Assembly (NCBI GenBank): GCA_963823655.1
Contig: CAWGMK010000010.1
Span: 425,755-457,754 of the forward strand
From: an uncultured Bacillota bacterium
Lineage (GTDB): Bacteria; Bacillota; DTU025; MWDF01
Reading direction: 5' to 3'
Length of the DNA stretch: 32,000 bases
In this document: positions 27,983-32,000 of the stretch, piece by piece
How the letters are laid out: the number at the start of each line of letters is the position of its first letter
Numbering within the stretch: position 1 is the stretch's first letter
Made by a program: the position numbers and the translations under genes
The notes under the pieces: generated by a model
Databases searched by the model: none
Told to the model about the DNA's origin: nothing
What the model saw: the letters and a program-made list of their open reading frames with translations, nothing else

Positions 27983-28027
27983 AGCCCCGAGGAGCATTGA
28001 TTTGCTCCCCGGGGCTTTTTTCTTTCT
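27983..28027 (+). terminator. Strong Rho-independent terminator after the SLH-porin gene
   Basis: agccccgaggagca (27983-27996) pairs with tgctccccggggct (28003-28016): 14-bp stem with one mismatch, loop ttgatt, followed by tttttttctttct. Confidence 0.85.
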
Positions 28028-28042
28028 CCTGTCTCCGGGTTG

Positions 28043-28048
28043 TATAAT
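28043..28048 (+). promoter_or_regulatory. Consensus -10 box (tataat) upstream of the 28075 gene; -35 unclear
   Basis: ttgtataatat: tataat at 28043-28048, 27 nt upstream of ATG 28075 (RBS ggagg at 28062-28066). The -35 position falls in the terminator T-tract. Confidence 0.35.
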
Positions 28049-28074
28049 ATAAGCTGATACCGGAGGAAAACGTC

Positions 28075-28506
28075 ATGAGATTCGTTATTGGAGTAGACCC
28101 CGGCAAGAACAAGGTCGGCGTTGCGCTTTTAGACGCGGATGGCAGGCTCATCGAAAGGCGCCTTTTGTCGCGCTTTACAGCCGCAAAGCAGATCGCTGAG
28201 CTTGCATCAGGAAGAGAATCGGTCATCGCGCTGGGCGACGGGACTACGGCAGGCAGGATGGCCGCCGAAATCCAAGAAGCGCTCGGGAGCGACATTGACG
28301 ATATAATTGTCATGGTGGACGAGGACAACTCCACTGTGGAGGGCAGAAGGAACTACCTTTTAGCAAACAGGCCCAGAGGTTTGGCAAGGCTTCTCCCTTT
28401 GGGGATGAGATCACCTGAAAGGCCTTGGGATGATTATGTAGCCGAGGTCATCGGCAGAAGATACCTGGATTCGAGGAGCGGCTCTGCCGATATAAAGGAA
28501 AACTGA
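28075..28506 (+). CDS. Small RNase H-fold protein, YqgF/RuvX- or RuvC-like putative nuclease
   Basis: 143 aa. The N-terminus MRFVIGVDPGKNKVGVALLDADG matches the first-strand acidic motif of RuvC/YqgF-type folds. VMVDEDNSTVEGRR resembles the YqgF DER(L/S)(T/S)T motif. Weak, motif-level assignment. Confidence 0.4.
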   Translation: MRFVIGVDPGKNKVGVALLDADGRLIERRLLSRFTAAKQIAELASGRESVIALGDGTTAGRMAAEIQEALGSDIDDIIVMVDEDNSTVEGRRNYLLANRPRGLARLLPLGMRSPERPWDDYVAEVIGRRYLDSRSGSADIKEN

Positions 28507-28564
28507 GCCATATATAGAATATAAAACTATTGAAAGACCGAAGGTGTAAGGAGGTGACGCGAGC

Positions 28565-29896
28565 ATGCAGGCCATACGCAGCAAATCCCCGATTCTCCTA
28601 TTCGCTTTGATATTGCTGCTCGCGTTGCCGATTGCTGCCGCGGCCGAGCCCGAAGTGCTGAAATCCGACGATTGGAGATACAGGGCCCTTGCCGAGCTTG
28701 CAACCCATAGCGTGCTTGATGAGAAAGACGCCCCGTACTACCTGACTAAGATACCTATCAACCTGGACTTCGCAGTGGCATCCGTCGAGAGGGCGCTAAT
28801 CAAGCTAGGGCTGAAGGACATAGATTTTACAAACGCGGCATCCCTGGACCTGAGCCTTTACGGCACATCGGTTCAGAAACTTGCGCCGCGCGATTCCTGG
28901 CTTCTTAACGATCTTACGAAGGAGTTTGCAACGCAGCTTGCCACAAGGGGCATTGTGGGCAAGGCCTCGCCTGTTCAAGCACAAGCCGGGGACACTGCAG
29001 CAGCAGCCCTTCCCGTATCCGATGCACAAGCTTCGCCGGAGCCGCCCGCCGCGCAGCAGGGCCCGGTCGTCCTTTCGCTTACAGATGTGCTGAAGAAGAT
29101 AAATATGCCCTCTGCGCTGTCGCAATCGTCCCTTACGATGAAGCCGCAGGACAATACGATACCTCAGGTGGCTACGGGCATGGAGCCGCTTCAGGTAGGA
29201 AGCATCAATCCTGACACGTCCAAGGTAGTCAGCCTTTTCGATGTTCTGAATGTCAACGCCTCGCTGTTTGCGGACGATTCCACCGTAAACGGCAAATCAA
29301 GCGCCGGCATAGGCCTCAAATTGGGCGATGACCAGGGCGGGGGCCTGACTTTAGATTATAAGATGGTTGGAGGCAAGGACGAGGCTTCAAACCTCACCGA
29401 CCTTTCCGCCATAACCGGAGTGGGCGTCAAGTACCAGGTGAACAGCATCATGCCCTTTAAGAGCGTGACGGACAGCATTACGATACAAGCGGGTTACAAT
29501 ATCGAAAGCGGAGACCTGAAGGCGGCAGTAGATACCGGAATTGAGCTGCAAGCTTCGGCATCCCTTGGCATATATTACAAGCTGCTTCTCGGCAACGCGG
29601 CCTTCCTTCAGGCAGGATATCAGGTTGAGCAGGTCAGGAACCTGATCGCTTCGGGTGCCCTTTCGACCAAGTCATGGATGTATGACGACAGCTCGCCTTT
29701 AGGCTGGATCTTCAGGGGCTCACTGAGCCTCAACAGCGATGTGGGCGTCAAGCAGCTGGCAGGAATAGACGTCGGGTATAACCTTTTCAAGGACGCCTCT
29801 ATTATGATCGGCTACAGGCTTATAGACTTCTCCGACTTCGACAAGCTGGATCTAAAGAAGAACCTGACCGCCCTGGGCATTAGCATCAAGTTCTAA
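28565..29896 (+). CDS. Putative outer membrane beta-barrel protein with a degenerate SLH-like N-terminal segment
   Basis: Signal peptide ...LALPIAAAAEP. The segment LKSDDWRYRALAELATHSVL is reminiscent of the SLH W-A-x-x-A-(L/V) core. A low-complexity Ala/Pro/Gln linker follows (SPVQAQAGDTAAAALPVSDAQASPEPPAAQQGP). The C-terminal ~290 aa have an alternating pattern and end ...LTALGISIKF (terminal Phe). Confidence 0.5.
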   Translation: MQAIRSKSPILLFALILLLALPIAAAAEPEVLKSDDWRYRALAELATHSVLDEKDAPYYLTKIPINLDFAVASVERALIKLGLKDIDFTNAASLDLSLYGTSVQKLAPRDSWLLNDLTKEFATQLATRGIVGKASPVQAQAGDTAAAALPVSDAQASPEPPAAQQGPVVLSLTDVLKKINMPSALSQSSLTMKPQDNTIPQVATGMEPLQVGSINPDTSKVVSLFDVLNVNASLFADDSTVNGKSSAGIGLKLGDDQGGGLTLDYKMVGGKDEASNLTDLSAITGVGVKYQVNSIMPFKSVTDSITIQAGYNIESGDLKAAVDTGIELQASASLGIYYKLLLGNAAFLQAGYQVEQVRNLIASGALSTKSWMYDDSSPLGWIFRGSLSLNSDVGVKQLAGIDVGYNLFKDASIMIGYRLIDFSDFDKLDLKKNLTALGISIKF

Positions 29897-29916
29897 TTAC
29901 TACGGAGAGTGAGCAT

Positions 29917-30852
29917 ATGATGATGAACAGATACGTCCGGGTTCTTGCGATCGCGCTTTTGATAGGGCTTATGGCCTTCGCTTCAACACTTGCCGCCCCG
30001 CCTCCGACTACCACATCGGAGATGCTCGCCATGCTTGAGCGTACGCTGTTCGGCGTGGCAGGGGAGGGCGCGATAACACCGAGGGTACAAAAGATCGAGG
30101 ACGTTGCCCTGGGCAAGCCCGGCGAAGGGACGCTCATAGAGCGCATAGAAAGCCTTTGGAATGAGTTCGGCGGAGGCAGGGAGGGCGTACAGACACTCGA
30201 CTACCAGATCAAGTACTCCCAATGGATAGCAGACGGCAAGGTAAGCCAGGGCACGCTCCTGGATCGGCTGGCCAACCTTGAGACTTTGCTCATGGGTTAT
30301 GTAAGCAAAGACCCTTTAACCTCAAGGATAGACGCAATGATTGCCATCACTGCGGGCGCTACGGGCATTGATTCAACATACGCAAAGCTTGCTGCCGGCA
30401 CTCCGGTCAAGCTTGTGTTAAAAACGCCTCTTAGAACCAATTTCACAAGGCCCGGCGAGAAGGTGGACCTCGAAGTAAGCGAAGATGTGTTCATCGGCGA
30501 CAGGCTGGCAATACCCAAGGGCACCGCGTGGCAGGTTGAAGCGGCGGATCCTACCAAATCGGACAAATTCGACCTTAAAAACCTAGTCGAACTGCTTCTC
30601 AGCCCCATATACGCTATCGACGGCACTCCCGTAAAGCTCATCGCCGACGATAACGCGACCTCAAATACCCAGCTTGCCTCCGGAATACTGATATGCCAGG
30701 GCGAAAGGCCCGAAAGGCTGGGCTTCTTCGGCCTGGGAAATGCTGTGGACAGGCTATTGCCGGGCAGCAAGAACCTGGATATCATAAGAGGTACGGCCAT
30801 AGTCCTGTCGGTAAGGGAAGACGTATCCATCATGTCGGCCAAAGTCAAATAG
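29917..30852 (+). CDS. Secreted/periplasmic protein of unknown function
   Basis: Signal peptide [28 protein letters not shown]. Repeated helical motif (MLERTLFG...[12 protein letters not shown]...LIERIESLW...[14 protein letters not shown]...LTSRIDAMI). A beta-rich C-terminal half follows ([49 protein letters not shown]). I recognise no family. Confidence 0.6.
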   Translation: MMMNRYVRVLAIALLIGLMAFASTLAAPPPTTTSEMLAMLERTLFGVAGEGAITPRVQKIEDVALGKPGEGTLIERIESLWNEFGGGREGVQTLDYQIKYSQWIADGKVSQGTLLDRLANLETLLMGYVSKDPLTSRIDAMIAITAGATGIDSTYAKLAAGTPVKLVLKTPLRTNFTRPGEKVDLEVSEDVFIGDRLAIPKGTAWQVEAADPTKSDKFDLKNLVELLLSPIYAIDGTPVKLIADDNATSNTQLASGILICQGERPERLGFFGLGNAVDRLLPGSKNLDIIRGTAIVLSVREDVSIMSAKVK

Positions 30853-30916
30853 CAAAATCCCAAGCTCAATTCAAATTCGCGTCCTTGTAGGCGCGAAAAT
30901 TACAGGAGGTCACCTT

Positions 30917-32000
30917 ATGTCAATAAGGCTGTTTACAAGCAAATCTGTCACCGAGGGGCATCCCGACAAAGTATGTGACAGGATTTCCGATGCGGTTCTG
31001 GACGAGATACTAATCAAGTACGGTGAAGACAAGAGCAGGTTCTTCGCCCGCTCCGCGGTCGAGGCCCTGGCAACAACAGGCATGGTGCTTGTGGCCGGCG
31101 AAATTACATGCGATGTATATGTGGAAATCCCGGAAATAGTAAGAAACGCAGTCAAAGAAATCGGTTACGACGCTCCTGAACAGGGTTTTGACGGCAACAC
31201 CTGCGCGGTGCTAACAACCATACACGAGCAATCGGACAATATCTCCCATGCCGTAAACCGCGGATCGTCCAAGAGAAACCCCTTGTCGGGCCTAAGGGCA
31301 GGCGACCAGGGCATAATGTTCGGCTATGCCACAGACGAGACTGAAGAGCTGATGCCGATGCCGATCATGGTAGCGCACAGGCTCGCCGAAAAGCTTGCGC
31401 AAGTAAGGAAATCGGGCGAGCTGGAATGGGTGAAGCCTGACGGCAAGACACAAGTTACGGTGCAGTATGACGACAAAGGCAGGCCGATAGGGCTTGATAC
31501 GATAATAATCTCAACTATGCATTCGCGAGGCATTAAACACGATGCGATAAAAGACGGGCTCTTCAACAAGGTGATTTTGCCTGTAGCTAAAGCCTACGGT
31601 TTCAGCTTCTCCGGCAACGCCTGCCTTGATTGCGAGCAGGGCGAATACTTCAAGGTCAAGTTCGACGGCTGCAAGAGCCATACTAAGGTCTTCATAAACC
31701 CCAGCGGCCTTTTCGAGCTGGGCGGCCCCAACGCGGACACCGGACTTACAGGCAGGAAGATAATCGTGGATACCTATGGCGGCATGGCCAACCACGGCGG
31801 CGGATGCTTCTCGGGCAAGGACGCCACGAAAGTGGACAGGTCGGGCAATTACGCTGCTCGGTATGTGGCGAAGAACGTCGTAAAGGCGGGCCTTGCCAGA
31901 AAATGCGAACTTGAGCTCGCCTACGCCATCGGAGTCGAGCGCCCGGTAGCGGTGAGCATCGATACATTCGGAACGAGCGTCATCCCCGAAAAGCAGATCA
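30917..32000 (+). CDS. metK: S-adenosylmethionine synthase (methionine adenosyltransferase), 3'-truncated by the window edge
   Basis: Absent from the supplied ORF track (no stop in the window), but frame 2 is open from ATG 30917 (aggagg 30905-30910). Motifs: [108 protein letters not shown]. Confidence 0.92.
   Translation, partial: MSIRLFTSKSVTEGHPDKVCDRISDAVLDEILIKYGEDKSRFFARSAVEALATTGMVLVAGEITCDVYVEIPEIVRNAVKEIGYDAPEQGFDGNTCAVLTTIHEQSDNISHAVNRGSSKRNPLSGLRAGDQGIMFGYATDETEELMPMPIMVAHRLAEKLAQVRKSGELEWVKPDGKTQVTVQYDDKGRPIGLDTIIISTMHSRGIKHDAIKDGLFNKVILPVAKAYGFSFSGNACLDCEQGEYFKVKFDGCKSHTKVFINPSGLFELGGPNADTGLTGRKIIVDTYGGMANHGGGCFSGKDATKVDRSGNYAARYVAKNVVKAGLARKCELELAYAIGVERPVAVSIDTFGTSVIPEKQI

Noticed and set aside
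30876-30897. Hairpin ttcgcgtcc/ggcgcgaa as an intrinsic terminator after the 311-aa gene
   Set aside because: The stem is only ~8 bp with a bulge and is followed by aaaatt rather than a T-tract, so it is not convincing as a terminator.
30853-30916. SAM riboswitch upstream of metK
   Set aside because: The intergenic spacer is only 64 nt, too short for SAM-I (S-box) as I recall its size, and I see no recognisable SAM-riboswitch core. It contains just a short imperfect hairpin and the RBS.
1-32000. CRISPR arrays, transposases/IS ends, integrases, toxin-antitoxin pairs, restriction-modification or other defence systems, tRNA/rRNA genes
   Set aside because: No direct-repeat/spacer arrays, no terminal inverted repeats, and no recognisable nuclease/helicase/methylase defence signatures. 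PrmC is a protein methyltransferase. The intergenic regions are too short and lack tRNA-like sequence.

Overview
All convincing genes in this ~32 kb window (roughly mid-50s % GC by eye, AGG/ATA-rich codons) lie on the + strand. The minus-strand ORFs in the track look like antisense shadows. No homology search was possible, so every call rests on motifs recalled from memory. nt 1-1967 is the 3' part of a large repeat-containing surface protein. nt 2038-13253 is a housekeeping block: rlmI-like methyltransferase, rpmE, tdk, DUF1385, prfA, prmC, tsaC/sua5, an in-frame rpiB-upp fusion, dCMP deaminase, wecA, wecB, murA. As I recall it, the order resembles the Bacillus rpmE-to-murAA region. nt 13259-30852 is a co-directional outer-membrane (OM) biogenesis and tethering cluster: SpoIVB/S55-like secreted protein, bamA, skp/ompH, one LptF/G-type permease reading without a stop into an LptD-like protein, lptC-like, lptA, lptB, a DUF3084-like coiled-coil membrane protein, a very large SLH + coiled-coil + beta-barrel protein (OmpM/SlpA-like), a small RNase H-fold protein, a second putative beta-barrel OMP, and an uncharacterised secreted protein. 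metK starts at 30917 and runs off the window. This gene content suggests a diderm of the Terrabacteria type that tethers its OM through SLH porins, possibly Synergistota-like (low confidence). No CRISPR array, mobile element, tRNA/rRNA or recognisable defence system was seen. Most notable: the LptF/G-LptD read-through ORF, the ~1,200-codon SLH-porin, several function-unknown envelope genes inside the Lpt/Bam cluster, the RpiB-Upp fusion, a Cys/His-rich insertion in MetK, and at least seven single-base reading-frame breaks confined to four genes. The breaks are more likely sequence indels than biology, and they limit confidence in exact gene structures.
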